Source: Marsupella aquatica (lineage: Eukaryota > Plantae > Marchantiophyta). From it: 64,000 bases of DNA. Made by a program: the position numbers and the translations under genes. Position 1 is the stretch's first letter; each line of letters opens with the position of its first letter. This document shows, piece by piece, positions 26,221 through 40,255 of the stretch. The stretch lies in the NCBI GenBank assembly GCA_973895155.1, contig OZ316895.1, positions 6,932,184 through 6,996,183 of the forward strand. Direction: 5' to 3'. A model generated the notes under the pieces. That model saw nothing but the letters and a program-made list of their open reading frames with translations, did not search any database and had not been told where the DNA came from.

Positions 26221-27651
26221 GTCGGAGCTACACAGGCCGGATTGAATCACGGAACGAATGTGGGATCTGAATCTGCGGAGGGTTTGATTAAGTTGCTGAG
26301 GAGCCGCGGAATTGGAAAAATCAGGCTTCACAATGCAGATTCGGCAATTCTCCGCGCAATCGGCACCAGCAGCAGCAGCAAGGAAGCACCGATGGTCGAG
26401 GTCATAGTCGGAGTGACAAACGATGAGATTGTGGACGTCGGAGTTTCTCCGGCTTCAGCCCAGAGCTGGATCGCAAGGAATGTGGTTCCGTACTTACCGG
26501 CCACGAACATCATCGCCATTGCGGTAGGGAGTGAAGTTCTCACCAGCGGACTGGCTGATCACTCCACCATTGTCCCCTTCATGGTGCCAGCGATGAGGAA
26601 CCTGTACGCCGCTCTTTCGGAGGTGGGTTTGGAGAAGCAGATCAAAGTGTCCGCGCCGCAATCGGCCCAAATTCTGTCCAGCTACTTTCCTCCCTCGTCG
26701 GCAACATTCAATGGAGACATCACCATGGCTCCTCTTCTGGACTTTCTGGAGAGTTCAGGGAGCTACTTCATGCTCAATCTGTATTCCCAGGATCTCCAGC
26801 ATGACGACGGTGTGGTCGGTCTGAAGCAGCGGCAGCCTCTGGAGGACAACCCTGCTGCTGGTGGAGGAATGGTTGATCCTCAAACAGGGCGACACTATTC
26901 GAGCGTGGTCGATGTGCTCACGGATGCAGTGTCCGTGGCAATGGCCTCCTCTCTGGGGCGTCACCAGCTTAGTGTCATTGGGATAAAGATGGAGTGGTCT
27001 CGGACCATTGTGTCTAGTGGATTACAAACAGACCGAGCCGGTAGTTGTGGAGGACTTGCAGTTGACATTGATCCCAGATTTGGTGCGAATTTAGTGATAA
27101 ATTCACCACAGATTGAGACCGAGGTAGTTAAGGCAGGGTCGTTCTTTTCTCGCCGTTTCCTCGTGGATCCTGTCCAGACGAAGCAGCCAGATGAAAGTGG
27201 GAAAAGAAGAAGACTTGCAAACAAGAGTTGGTGCGTGGCTAAATCCGATGCCGACACATCGTCCCTCCAAGGTGCGTTGGATTGGACTTGTGGGAGCGGA
27301 GGGTCGGTTGATTGCCAACCCCTCGCGGTGGGGCAAAGTTGCTTTCTCCCTAACACAATTGTGGCTCACGCGTCCTACGCATTCAACATCTACTACCAGC
27401 AACGCAGCTGGGCGACAGGCTCTTGTGATTTCCAAGGTCTCGCAGAAGTTACGACGTCTGACCCAAGTAGCACCTCCTGCTTGTATTCATCGAGCACTTC
27501 TGCCAATGGCACCCCCAGTATTCCGACTGGCACCACGGTGCCCAACGTTGCTGCTTCCTCCCGAGTGCCTTGGGACCGGTGCCGGTTCATCGTCACCTCC
27601 GTCATTCTCATCTTCCTCGTCAAGAGAACTCTTCCGGATTTCAAGGTTTAA
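26140..27651 (+). CDS. GH17 beta-1,3-glucanase-like protein with X8 (CBM43) domain and probable GPI signal; intronless, probably non-catalytic
   Basis: 503-aa ORF: signal peptide, GH17 N-half (GLNHG, IAVGSEVL, IKVSAP, FPPSSATF), X8 (WCVAK...ALDWTCG..DC.PL..GQSCFLPNT...HASYAFN.YYQ...SCDFQG), Ser/Thr linker and hydrophobic C-terminus. Confidence 0.92.
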   Translation: MHLGGFVLLLLLPLCVCVLQLEWVAAGVGATQAGLNHGTNVGSESAEGLIKLLRSRGIGKIRLHNADSAILRAIGTSSSSKEAPMVEVIVGVTNDEIVDVGVSPASAQSWIARNVVPYLPATNIIAIAVGSEVLTSGLADHSTIVPFMVPAMRNLYAALSEVGLEKQIKVSAPQSAQILSSYFPPSSATFNGDITMAPLLDFLESSGSYFMLNLYSQDLQHDDGVVGLKQRQPLEDNPAAGGGMVDPQTGRHYSSVVDVLTDAVSVAMASSLGRHQLSVIGIKMEWSRTIVSSGLQTDRAGSCGGLAVDIDPRFGANLVINSPQIETEVVKAGSFFSRRFLVDPVQTKQPDESGKRRRLANKSWCVAKSDADTSSLQGALDWTCGSGGSVDCQPLAVGQSCFLPNTIVAHASYAFNIYYQQRSWATGSCDFQGLAEVTTSDPSSTSCLYSSSTSANGTPSIPTGTTVPNVAASSRVPWDRCRFIVTSVILIFLVKRTLPDFKV

Positions 27652-28997
27652 GATTGTGGTTCTGCATCTTGGCGAGGAAAACGTGAAGTAATTCGATTCT
27701 GGTCATGCAATTTTTATTTGGCGAGCACTTCGAATTTTTGTGCTTGCATGCTCTTACGAGGGCTGCTTTTCAAGCGAAATTTTTGATGACGTGACTACTT
27801 CACTCAAACCTATCATGGACCGTGAGCGCCAATTATCAGGACTCAGTGGGAGGACGAGGGGTAGAGTTTGCATGGTGGGATCCACATCCCTTTCCAGCCA
27901 CGTTTGTTGGTGATATCAGTGAGCTCCTTTTTGGGAGTTGGTATATGCCTCGTGACGAAAAGGGTATTTGCCCGGAGTCCGTGCTTCAGAGAATACCCAA
28001 TAGAATCTCAAGTTCGGGCAAATTGTCAACAGGCTCTTTTTGGGCGGTGGTGGTGGTCTGTGTAATGCATTTGCGCCGTACTTCTCTCTTTGTAGAGTAG
28101 TAATATGCTGAAAATGTGGCCAGCAGTGGTGTAGTACGAATCGATTATACAATATTGTTATCATGGACGGTCCCTCATCCCGCCAACTGTGCCTGGCGCA
28201 GCTCCTACATCATCAACATTATTTCACCATATTCAGCACCAGGAGCGAGTATCGGAGCTTTAGACGAATCACATTGTTTTCCATGACTGATGACAAAAAC
28301 ACTCAAAGAGAGAAAGAGAAGAAGACCGAAGGTGGCGTATTTTGGTACCTGATTTGATTATTTAACTTGTTGCTCTCCTAATTCATCATGGATCGTGGTC
28401 GTGGTTTGTCGTGAGATCAAGCGGTGTATCTATTGACCCAGCTTGAGGCTAGGAAGCACTCGAAAGAAGGATCTATTTTGTAATCAATTGATCCAAAGAG
28501 AGGCGAGCTAATTAACGTAGCGTATGTCACTTGGGGAGACTAGAATGGATTGGGCTGACCGAAATTTAGGCAACCTGAAATTGTCGTAGGAAGATAGAAA
28601 CACTCATTTATCATTCACAGAGTTTTGTCATCGAGGACTCTTTTGGAAATAAATCATTTACTTCGCTGCTGTCAAAATGATACACGTGCCGGCGCTCTGC
28701 ACACGGGCAAACTGATCTCTTCCCCGTGTCTTTCTGCCATTTTGTCTGTGAAGTTCATCCTCAATGCCGACATAATTATGACTGCGTTCCCCATAAACCC
28801 TCCAGAGTTCTTCGCACGTTTAATCACAGATTATCATTCTCTTCTCAACATTTGAAATGACCAAAGTTCAGTGTTGCGTGAGTTCTCCAGACAGCACCCT
28901 CCCTGCCTCCCTTTGGTCCATGGTGAGCTTTGTTGCTACTGACAATCAAAGTTGTATGGCATTTGAAGACATGGTCATAGTCATCACTTCGCACGAT

Positions 28998-29138
28998 ATA
29001 GTACCGTGCTAATCCGAGGGAGGATGTGCACCCACTTCGCGCAGAATTCGTATGCTCGTTTCGATGAGATAGTACCGTGCTAATTTCGAGGGAGGATTTG
29101 CACCCACTTCACGCAGGATTCGTATGCTTGTTTCGATG
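28998..29138 (+). repeat. ~70-bp tandem duplication
   Basis: atagtaccgtgctaat..gagggaggat.tgcacccacttc.cgcag.attcgtatgct.gtttcgatga, present twice. Confidence 0.8.
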
Positions 29139-31869
29139 AATGAGTTGCAGTCTGTTGCATCAGAATTATGCGGCGTACGCAGAATGTCGAGAATGACGTC
29201 GTTTGCCAGTTTCCTGGAAAGACCAAGTAAGAGTACTCAACTTTTTAGATCTAGACCTGGCACTACTACTGGCAATCCCTCTTCCCTTTTCGAGACAAGT
29301 ACCTCCTGCTGCTACCTACTATTTTGCACATGCGTGAATTTGAGTTTCGCCTACAGCTTCTCCTTTTGCCTAGAAGTGTTTTAGAGATTGAAGCATTCCA
29401 GGACACAGCATTCACGAGATATGGCTTTAAAGTCCATTCTACTGGAAATTGTTGTGCACATGCGGGAATTTGAGTTTCGCCCACAATTATCTGTGCCTCT
29501 CTCATCTGTTCCCGTCACTTGTTTGTAATCCAATCTTCAGTTAAATGTACATACTGTGTAGATCAGGTCCACGTCACTTGTGTGAATTTGAGTTTGGTCA
29601 CAATTCTGTGTGCTCTACTTGTGTGTTCTTGGTTATATTAGGCTTCACTGAGAGGCACGGGACACTTCGGAGAGACCGTTTCGTTTCCTCGTCTTGGAGC
29701 TGCAATTGACAAGTTAGTGAGTATTTCGAAGTCCACCGGGCAGAGGGACCCCATTTGCATGTTCCGCTCAATCAGAGCCGCCCCTATTGAACACATTGAT
29801 CAAGTGATGGTTCGACAACAATGGCCCTGATAATTCAAGATGGGAAGTCCGCCGTGTTCTTCTTCATTTCCTTTCAAGAAAAAACAAAAGGAAGTCCGCC
29901 GCGGCCAATCTAAAGAAAGCTTGGTCAAGGACGAAACGCCACCTTGAGCGTCGTCGGAACTCGGAAGACGTGATCCATCACGGCCAGTAGCACTCTTGAA
30001 TTGGACTCGTTAGTCGTTAACACAATAACACTTGTTCCTCGTCACCGCGTCATTCTACTGTACAACTCAATTATCAACGCTGTTACGCTGTAGCAGTTCG
30101 TTTGTCTGCCTACTGGCATCTTCCCCTTCATATTGAAGCCAATAATAATAGATCAGACTTCCAGAGTCGAGACTGCTCCTCGATGGAAACAGGAAAGTAC
30201 AGTGGAAGAGCCGCAGAATCATGGCCGTTGATAGAATCATGTACAGTTAAAAGCGCAATTTCGACAGTGCTACTTATCAATCTACAGTACTGTTCTGCAA
30301 TCACTGAATGCCGGTTGAAATTCCTGAACTTCAGGACTCCAGAATAAAAAAAGATTGCAGCCAGTCATTTTCCCGGGCGACTGGGGGGACTCGAGGGTGG
30401 GCAGCAACAGTCCAGAAAGTAATGGCAACACGGGGAAACCCCCAACGGTCTATAGTCGTCTAGACCAGACCACAACATTAAATGAGAGTGTCCTAACGAA
30501 CCCCAAATATAGTTATGGGGCGACGAAATATATGCACAGGACTGTACTGTGATCCGCCTCGGGGCTCTACAGTATCCATTTGCTGTGCCCTACCGGTAAT
30601 CCGTAATCGCACATCAAGGTCATATATTATGTACACCTATTGATTGAAAGAATTAACCAGATTTATCATGCTATGGGGAGACATGGTACACCAGACATTT
30701 GCTGTGCGAGTAATGTTTATTTTCAAGCTAATATATTATATATAGAATTAACAAAATTTATCATGGTATGGAGATATATTGTACACCAACATTTGCTGTG
30801 GGAGCAATGCTGATTTTTGTATTGTTTTGGAAGGTGGCACTTATCGCTATGTTCTATTTGACATGTAGGGCCACATGACGATCATTAGATATATGGACAA
30901 TCAGATCTGAACCGTTAATCTGATTAATATGTCACTACCCATTCTGCAAATCATAAATCACTACACATTCATGGACAATCAGATCTGAACCGTTATGTCT
31001 CTACCCATTCTGCAAAATTCACCGACCTAGAAAAGAAACACCGCTCAAGAGTAGGACTTGTTCCCTTGGGGCCAGAGGTTCAAACAGCTCTCCCTAAATG
31101 CAAACTCCCCAGAAGAAGGATTTGGTAGGCAATAGGGTTTGCGTATGCTATAAGTCCAAACACTTGGAATTTGCATTTAGTGATAAGAGTATGCTTTACT
31201 TCTCTCTGTGCGAGGGGTCCAATTATGGAGGTATCAGAGGGCTAATGCCAGGGTATGTTGGCAATGGCAAATCAAGCTCTGCAAAGTGAATCAACAACAA
31301 TCGGGAATCAAACATACCACATGCTGTATAGAGTACCCCTGACACGTGCTCATGAGCTACACTGCCTCTACATGCAATGGGCCCTCTTTCAGTCTACATT
31401 CTGGTGACTTCCTTCCCAATTCGTACACTCTTCCCTAAACATGATCCCCCTACCTCGTAAGTGCAACTTTTACTCTATGGAAACATGACATGCACTTATA
31501 ATTGTAACTCAAACAAATTATGTGCTTTACCATGAGTGTAAACCCTCGGACGATTTGGACTAACGTATCTGTCATTTTGTGCAGCCCTCTTTGCACTTTA
31601 AGAAAAAGTGCAAAAAAAGTGCAACTTGGTCAGAAAAAAAAGGGGAAAAAGGGATGCCTTGCAAACAGGGTTACACTTATGGAGTGTGGGATTAGCAAGA
31701 GCTGACTGTAATACCATTAGTGACAATCTTGACACCAAACCTAACATGAAGGATTCATTTAGGGCGTCTCAATCCTCTTTGTTTTGACTCTGTCAACACG
31801 GTCAAGGGGGTTTTACTAGAAAAAAAATGGCGGACAAAGAATTGTTTGTCCGCACACTCATGACCTCTA

Positions 31870-32285
31870 GTCGATGCTGAGCAAGGACGACATTCACAAT
31901 TGCAAAGCCTATGATTGTCGAACGCATAAGTAATCTAACACAAAGAAATACATGATTCATCTCAATTGAAGATATGTTCACGGGAGTTTCACTACACTCT
32001 AGGCCAGTTACCAAGTTTTTGCAACACAAGTTCTTGTTGTCTCCCAACTGACTCTATACCAATGAGTTTGAGTTACTCTTATCTAAACAAACACCCTTTG
32101 GGTAAATAGTATATATCATCATTCCCAACTTACTCTATACCAATGAGTTTGAGTTACTCTTATCTAAACAAACACCCTTTGGGAAAATAGTATATGTCAT
32201 CCTTAACCTAATCAAGTCTACTATTAAAGTTAATTTTCACTCTCATTACAATTGTAACTCTAGACCTAAAAATAAATACTTAACA
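31870..32285 (-). mobile_element. Degenerate LTR-like fragment (copy A) with an internal 80-bp tandem duplication (32052-32200)
   Basis: The reverse complement starts TGTTAAGTATTT and aligns with 39510-39860, e.g. tacaattgtaactctagacctaa vs the rc of ttaggtctagagtcacgattgta. Confidence 0.65.
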
Positions 32286-34522
32286 ACCAATAGGGTTTAG
32301 GGTTATACTTAACAACCAAAACAGTTACTTTGGAGAGTTTTTGTTCCAGAGATTTGTAGGTTTGAGACACCTCCCTATTCGTTCATTCTGTCATTCATGC
32401 CTTGTTATCCCCTCCCACTCATCACTAATGGTCTGCAGACGAACGAGGTGGGCACCACGCTAGACCGGCCAAGGCCTGCTGTCCTGTCGGACATCGGACA
32501 TCGTGGGGACGAGCCAGACCTGCATGAGTGCATGACGACGCACACTTCTCACCAGGTTTCTGATTCATTCATCACTTTTGGTGAACAAACCTACAGTACC
32601 GTTTACATTGCATTCTGAATAGAACCCAGTGCCCTGTCATAGCAACGACTCCAAAGCATGTTGCTGGTAAGACATTGCTCAGTCCGCTTCGTGAGACAGT
32701 GAGGACGATGCTTTGCTTTGGAGCAGAGAACTCGCTTGTACTGTCATTGATTCTTGTGGAGGCTACTTGAGAGGTACAGATTATTAACGAATCTCTGTGC
32801 ATCAGTATGTGCAGAGTTGGGGCTGGAGGATTTTGAGCTGGTGCACCATCACCACAACACAAAGCTGCTCTAAAAGAAGCGCTCTGAATTAAGCCCTCAC
32901 ATCACTTACCGTTTAATTCTTCACCTCCTCACTGCATGAAGACGCGTTCTCAAAGAGCAGGACTATTTGATGGTACGTATGGACTAGCAGAATAGCCGCA
33001 TCAATTAAATTCACGGGCAAGGATATTTTTAGAGCTAGAAATTATTACTACTAAGGGATTCATTACTAGCCAAAGACAATTTAATCTTAGTTATCAGAAA
33101 CGTCGTCGATTCGATTCAGAGATGGAGAATTACATCATGGCCACAAGTCGAGTATAGTAGTGGCAATAAAAAAAGAGCGGTAAAACAAAAAAGATCTAGA
33201 GAGGAGATGCGACGAGATCAACCAGGCAGGCAGCAAAATTGAAACACGAGCACACACCACGGGGCGTAGAATTCCACATTGTTGTCGTGCTTCTCCACGG
33301 TGCCCGTGCAGTCGCATCCAGAACCAACACATCGGAATTGAGAGCCGTCAGGCTACTTATAGAGCAGCGGCGCTCAGCGCCAACACAACCAGTCTTAATC
33401 CACCTCTCCGATCAGACATATGCTTCGAGATTGATTGATTCGGCCCTGGCTTTCAGTCATCAGTCAGAACATCCACCTTGGATGCGTCCGTGCCGTTCTG
33501 ATGAGTGAATCGCAAGGCACTGCGGATTGAGCTGAACTGCATGGCCGACCTACCACTGCACTAATCGAGGAGGGGCTTGACGACGATTTTAAATAGGATT
33601 GTGAGAACGGATGTGTGCATGCAGGCTATATATCTAAAGAACGATGCCAAAACTGTCTCTTTGAATGAATTTCAATATCTAAAGAATGATGCCCAAACTC
33701 TCTTTGAATGTAATTCAATTGGATGTTTCAAGGCCAAAAGGAACGATGCCCAAAATGTAAATTTCATGCATCGTGCCCAAATTTCGGGAGTTTCTATTAG
33801 AAATTAGAAAACTTGTTAATAGTTACGGGAGTTTCTATTAGAGAGTTTAAAACCTGTGAATACTGAGACAGAAATGCACTTTCGTTGTTTAATAAGATTC
33901 TAAGATGGACAGTTGCCACCCTAGAGATAATCTTGCAATATTATGTTTTAATCAACAACTTTTTTAGTCAAAAGGTGACGAGCTACCAATCATTCCAGGA
34001 ACATTCCAGAAGGTGCTTCTCTATTGACATTGCCCTCATGAAAGGGCTTTGGGTGCTCGGAGTAGAAGTCTGGTTTCTTTTCTCTTTGGAATGTTTGGTA
34101 GTTGCAAGATTCACAAATCTACCCAGGGCATTAAGCCAGTTCACTCCGCTGCGAAGTACAGAAGAAAACCTGGACACCAACATGGACATCTGCCGTGGTC
34201 CTTAGCTTCTGGTCCAAAAAATGGAAAAGCTCATTAGACCACCTGCTTCCTCATCGTACGTAATTTCTCACTTTCAGTAAAGACCCGTGGCTCACAGCAT
34301 ACTGAGGTTCATATTTCTGCGAACCCACAAAACAAAAACCAATTCTGATCCTGGCAATGTCAATTCTATACCGCAGGATCATTTGCGAAGGAATCTGCTC
34401 TCACAATTTCTAATGAATAATTACATCCTAAAGCATGCACGTGGATGGAAATTGTGCCAGCCACGAGACAGAACGACGGCAGCTAACTCCAGATTATTGG
34501 GCCCAAGTGCACAGCCCTGGAC

Positions 34523-37500
34523 TTAAATTGGGCGAACGATCATCACAGTAATGTCATCAGTTGTGCCACGTTCTTGTGCTAGCTTGACCAGAGTGGTTGC
34601 TATGTCCTCCAGAGGCTTCTCAGTCCTGCCGGAAGACCCACATACCAACATTAATGTGATCCGAATTGAACAAAACTGACACCGAATTACTAAAATAATC
34701 AATTTATCCCTTGATCCGAGGCCTTCATTTGATAAAAAACTCTCTAAGTAGAGAAGTAGACCTCTTACCCTGCTGATCGAACCAAGTTAACGGCGTCTTC
34801 ATTTGATACAAACTCCCAAAGTCCATCACTTCCCAGGATAAGAAACTCATCCTCTGCAAGTAGCGACCACATCTCAGAAACAAAGGCGCGTTGCTGATGT
34901 GGGAATGAGGGATTCAAAGCGTGACAGTTGTGAAAAGAGGATTATCGATGCCACCAGTTCAATTGCCAGAGACCTCAGAAATGGACCTTACCTGGGACGA
35001 ATGTTTGCACTACCACATGAGGTTCTGCTGTAAGACCGAAGCCTCCCCGTGCTCCATCGCGTAGTCCATCTGACCAGCTTTTGACAGTCAACAAGCAAGG
35101 AGAAATACAGTAACTACGAAAATATTTTGAGAAGTATTAATGATGAGATGAAACGAAAAGAAAAGAAAAGAAAACAATGCACACGTCCCAGAAGCACAAG
35201 AGAATGGCTATGAACTTCAGAATGAAATCCTGATCAAAGACTAAGTCTGCAGATTTTCAATGAGGAAACGCTGAGCAATTAATGTCTTTCCTCAAAAGCG
35301 GCCTAATCGGTAAAGCAAATTTATTAGAAAACGTACTCTTTTAGGTATACATCGCCAAAAGCCCGAGAAAGAGCAAGAAGACCTCCTACACGCCACGTTC
35401 CACCAACATTAACAACCTGTGACAACGAATTAGGCAAAGATAAGAATGACGTTCAAATGTGTTTACCATCAACATTTCTGATCATCATGACCAGAAACAG
35501 AATTGGAATACTTTTCTAACCAGAGAATTCACAACCATCCAGATAGGGTCCTTACTTATACTTTCAAAGACAAGGACAAAGAAAATTAAGGCAAGAACAT
35601 CCCATTGACTATTGAAATGCTACCTAATAGCCCTGTATATCATCGGTAACGCAGCAAATGTGCACATACTAATGGTTTCTTTGGTACGGGGTTCTTTGCT
35701 TCTATACGCGTTCTCTCTTCTTCCACATCTGGCTGCACATGCAATTCAAAAGTTAAATATTGACCCAGTGGGCCATTCAAACCGAAATTCAAAATGACGT
35801 CGTTTGTTCAACTAATTTATCAATCCCTTAATCGTGTTAACCAATCTTCACTTACACAACTCAACTTTTGGACTGTTACAAGTAAGTAAAGACTTACAAA
35901 TACAGCTTGTGGAGTAATCGTATATCTCATCATCTAGACATCTGCAGGTTCAAAATTGAGAAAGAAGGCGAAAGAACCTTGTGATCAAAAGTCAGCTGGA
36001 TGGCTGTTCCTGCTCGCGAGAGAACAACCCTTGAATCTCCAACATTCGATGCAACCAAAAGCTGCTTTCCATCTGAGGTGTATCAAGCATCATGTAAGAG
36101 ATCAACCTACTATAGCTGCTCCCATGTCACATGGAAACCTCTGCAAAACCATTTCCCCTTTCAAGGTTTATCTTCAAATTCTACAAAAGACACAAGTACC
36201 AGTCTTCAGACTTGGACAGAAAAGGGAAACACATCCATCCCTCGACAATTTTTGGATTTCAACCTTTCCCTACCGGTAATGGTTTAGATGAATAGAAGCA
36301 ACGGGTCGTAGAAAGAACGAGATCATCATGGCTACCCTTTGCAAGCGTCCAAAAAACCAAAAAAACTCAATTTTCATTTATGTAGTACAAACCTGCAGCT
36401 GGTAAGAAAACAACAGTGGCAGCTGTAGATCCGCATCTTGAGCCACCAACACCTCTCTCCCTTAAAGCACCAAATAATCCTTTTGGTTGAGCCTGCGTGA
36501 GTGCGATTTTAATGAGCAGGGACGGCATAGTTGAATGCTAATTTATTTGAAAGAGAATTCTAGAATTCTTAAGCAATAGATGGCAAAGTACCAGTGTTAG
36601 CTTGTCAAACTCTTCATAAGCTGATCTAGTGGCCTTCTCTGGATCAGAACCTGAACAAGCAAAAAATCCAGTTACAGAAGATGAATTTTTGGAATTGGCT
36701 CTAAACTCATCTCTTTACAGTCATGTTAAAAACATAACTCAGAATCGGAGAATACACAAATGATGCAATATTTAACACAAGACACTGAGAAAAAAACAAA
36801 CAGATCTGTAATATACCTGAAAGCTTGTCTTTATACATAGACCAGAAACTCTCCTTCAATAGTCTACAGTCAATTAACACAATTCGAGTCAGCTACCCAC
36901 AAAGACCCAATCAAAAGTGAATTTCTTAGTGGTCACCTTTTGCTTCTGGGGCCATAGGTCAGTAGACGAATCAGTGTAAGGAATAAGAGAATACAAGTTC
37001 TATTTTAGGGCACTATCCAATTGACCTTGATTAGAAAGCGAAACATTTCGGACACTCACTCTGCAACTGCAGCTCCCCCATGGCCATCAAAAACGCCAAA
37101 AAATGAAGGTCCCACCCCCTTCGGATCCACAAAGATGCTCACCGTGTCCTCCAGGACTTCTCGATCAGTCCCTTTGACAACTGTAACACCATAGCTCCTG
37201 AGCACAAGTGACCCGGTAGTTGGCGTCACATATTTAACTTCATCTGGCTTTGAGGATTTAATCTCACCGTAAACTGTAATTCTTCAATATCCTCATCGGA
37301 AAGTTGCACCCAAACATCTCCACTTGACTTCTGACAAAATGCAATGCTCAATGAACTGAAGATGGCCACACACTCTCGTACTTCTCCTAATTTATCATTA
37401 AATTTCGGGAAACAAAGTTCACATTAGAGCAGGTAACCGAGATCATCATCCATTAAAGGATAGAAACGAAGCAAGACTCGCTCCGGGAGTCAAATCTCAC

Positions 37501-38433
37501 AAATTCAAACCTCAGTATCAACCTTTGACGGACATGTGCTCAACTTTGTTCAAAGTTTTCACTAATTCCATCGAGGACCATTAAATTCGAGTCACAACTG
37601 AGAGTCCGGGCCAAAACCAACTACAGCTTTTTCGAAAAACAGTAACATAAATAAAACCACCAAGATGAAAAAAATTCAAATGCAGCTCCCAAAGGGGAAT
37701 TGATTTGAGAAATCAAAAGAGAGGCTAAGGATCATTGTCCTTGGGCCCCCACTCCCTCACTAGAATTCCATGACCCAAATATACTCTGGCTATATTGAAT
37801 CTAACAGTCTAGAATACCTTTCTTGGAGTTTTATTGCACAACGAGCCAGGCATCTTCGTTGTGACCTCCTGCTCCTCGAGCCATTGTCCACCACTACATT
37901 CTTTCACAACCCACCATTTACACTCCATCAACAGAGCTCACAAACTTAGAAACTAACATGTGCAGCGTTCCGATGAGGATATTGAAGAATTACAGTTTAA
38001 GGTGAGATTAGAGTGCAGATCAGCTTCTATACCACTCAATGTCTATGGGATCTCAGTCAATTCTGTGGCACGACATTTCTCAGTTTCCAACGCCAATATT
38101 GTAGATTGCACATGCAGCAAAATACAAGCATCGGCTGAAACAAATCTCCAAGCCAGCATTTGATAACGTGTGGCCACCCATATCTTTCAATCAATTGCAA
38201 AAGATCAAGACTCTTTCATTCCGTGCAAGCATTACACTACAGATAAAACAAAGAGTCAACATGTCCCAGAAGAGCTTTAGGAGCTTGCCTGTGACTTGAA
38301 CGAATTTCTTGAGCGAGGAGAGACGAGAGGCTCTGCCGAGCTGCGGGTGAGCAAGAGAGGACGATGAGGAGACAGTGGGAGATTGCATGGCCACCGTGAC
38401 GCTAATTCCTGCAGCTCGCAGAGAGGCCGCCAT
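34523..38433 (-). CDS. Protein phosphatase 2C (PPM family), multi-exon, with probable plastid transit peptide
   Basis: Ser/Arg-rich N-terminus MAASLRAAG.... Exons encode [27 protein letters not shown] (37059-37197), [29 protein letters not shown] and [15 protein letters not shown] (TAA 34523-34525). Confidence 0.88.
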
Positions 38434-39509
38434 GACTTCCCGTGCAATCAATCCTGTTGGGCCACTCCTCTGGCGTTCTTCTTGGCTATGGAGAGTATGG
38501 ACGTGATCGTATTCAGCAGGTTCTGCAGCATAAGTGTTAAATTGGTTTGGAACTGTTGAACTCTCGCCCTCAATCTCTGCCTCACCCAAAATGTGTCCCC
38601 AATCAAAAGAAGAGACCGAACACCACAGTGTTTGGATATGCGTTTTTTTAGATTCCAAAACGTCTATTGTTAAATCTCACCACTTGTCACTTTTTTTAAA
38701 AGATTAATTATTGGAATGGTTATCTCCATTTGTCATCACATTAGACTTAATTAAGTAGTGTAAGTGTTTCTTACTATGAATGAGAGGGATCTCCCCATGA
38801 ACTTGGAAAGTGCATCTGGATAGAATGGTGCCTCACTATCTGGAAGGGAAACTTTGAAGGAAGGCTAGCACGCACGCCGACCCGCCGGGTTGTGCAAACT
38901 AATGGTGTCATGGGTGGCCTGGAAGCTTTGGGTTATTTTTGGCAAGCACAGGATTAAGGGCTCATGTGGGGAGTCCAATATAGCCCCTCATGGCTCTATA
39001 TTTGTGTTTGATAAATGCCAGCCATCTTGGAGGCAAGGCGATCAACGAGTGACTATTAGAAAGTGGAGAAGCAAAGACGTTGGATAGAGTTTCTCAAACC
39101 AGTGATGGGCACCAACCCATCATCTCTACTTCTGGCAAAATGTGGGAGGGTGTATTCATTCACCAATTTACAAACATTATGAGACATTATGAAGAGTTTG
39201 AGACTAAAGCCTGGATGGACTGCTGCGGTGTCTTCAGGTATTCCCATGGACTATGACAGGGGACAAACCATTTTACATCTCATCATGAGACAACCCAAGT
39301 ACAAGTGGATGACAACTTCTCTCATTAATTGTTTAGCTAGATGGCTTTCACCATAAGAACATTATGACTATGCACCTAAAAATCAAATTGAGAATGTGAA
39401 TGGAATGGTTTGAAGGTGCACATTTAAAATCTCTCGTAGCTCCGAGCGCAACGCCACAGTACTCAAAGTGTGCCTTGTAACAAGAGAAGCACCGTATGAA
39501 CACATGATT

Positions 39510-39860
39510 TGTTAGGATTTACTCTTAGGTCTAGAGTCACGATTGTACCGTAGTTAAGGCTAACCTTAGTCGCAGACTTGGTTAGGTTAGTCATGTTGTG
39601 CACACTCTATAACTAAGCGGTGTTTGCTTGGAGAGTGGGAACTCAGGCTCATTGTTACGGAGCTAGTTGAGAGATAGAGAGAGCTTGCGTTGTGGATGCT
39701 TGGTATGGCCGGTCGGCCTAGAGTGCAGTAAATCTCGTGTGTGTTCTTGTGGATGTAGCCTCATGTGGAGGTGAACCACGTATCTCTCTGTGTCGACTCT
39801 TGTGCGTTGGATGGTTGATGGGCTTGCCGTTGTGATTGTCGTCTATGCTCAACATGATTG
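39510..39860 (+). mobile_element. Degenerate LTR-like fragment (copy B), inverted relative to copy A
   Basis: Starts TGTTAGGATTT and is homologous to the rc of 31870-32285. The 3' end is not defined. Confidence 0.65.
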
Positions 39861-40255
39861 CCGGTAGGAAGCTTTGCAGCACAAAAATTCCTTGAAGTGC
39901 TCTTTGTAATACGAGCAACGCTTTGTGAAAAATAGGATTCATCAGCAATACTCCCAATTGTATTCCTGAAAAGTAGAATTTCAAGTAGCTCTATAGCAAT
40001 AAATTAGACAAACCATTATTTATAACAAGAGCAATGGTATCTGAAAATAGCATTTCACAACCGTGGGGGTTTCACTTCCACAAAAATGGCACATCATGTG
40101 CAACAAAGGATATGGTTGTTTTATTGGTTCTACGGGAAGACTTAATGATTTTCTCAGAAGAACAATAGGGTTTTTGTAATCCAATTTGATACTTATAAGT
40201 CCATTAGGGTCTTTTTAACCAAAACTTTTATAGTAGTTATGGGTGGGAAGTAATT

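Noticed and set aside
32400-34240. Short ORFs downstream of PP2C
   Set aside because: No family similarity or coherent splice model; probably UTR or intergenic.
38750-39400. Trp-rich degenerate frames, possibly a LINE remnant
   Set aside because: No diagnostic RT or endonuclease motif could be read.
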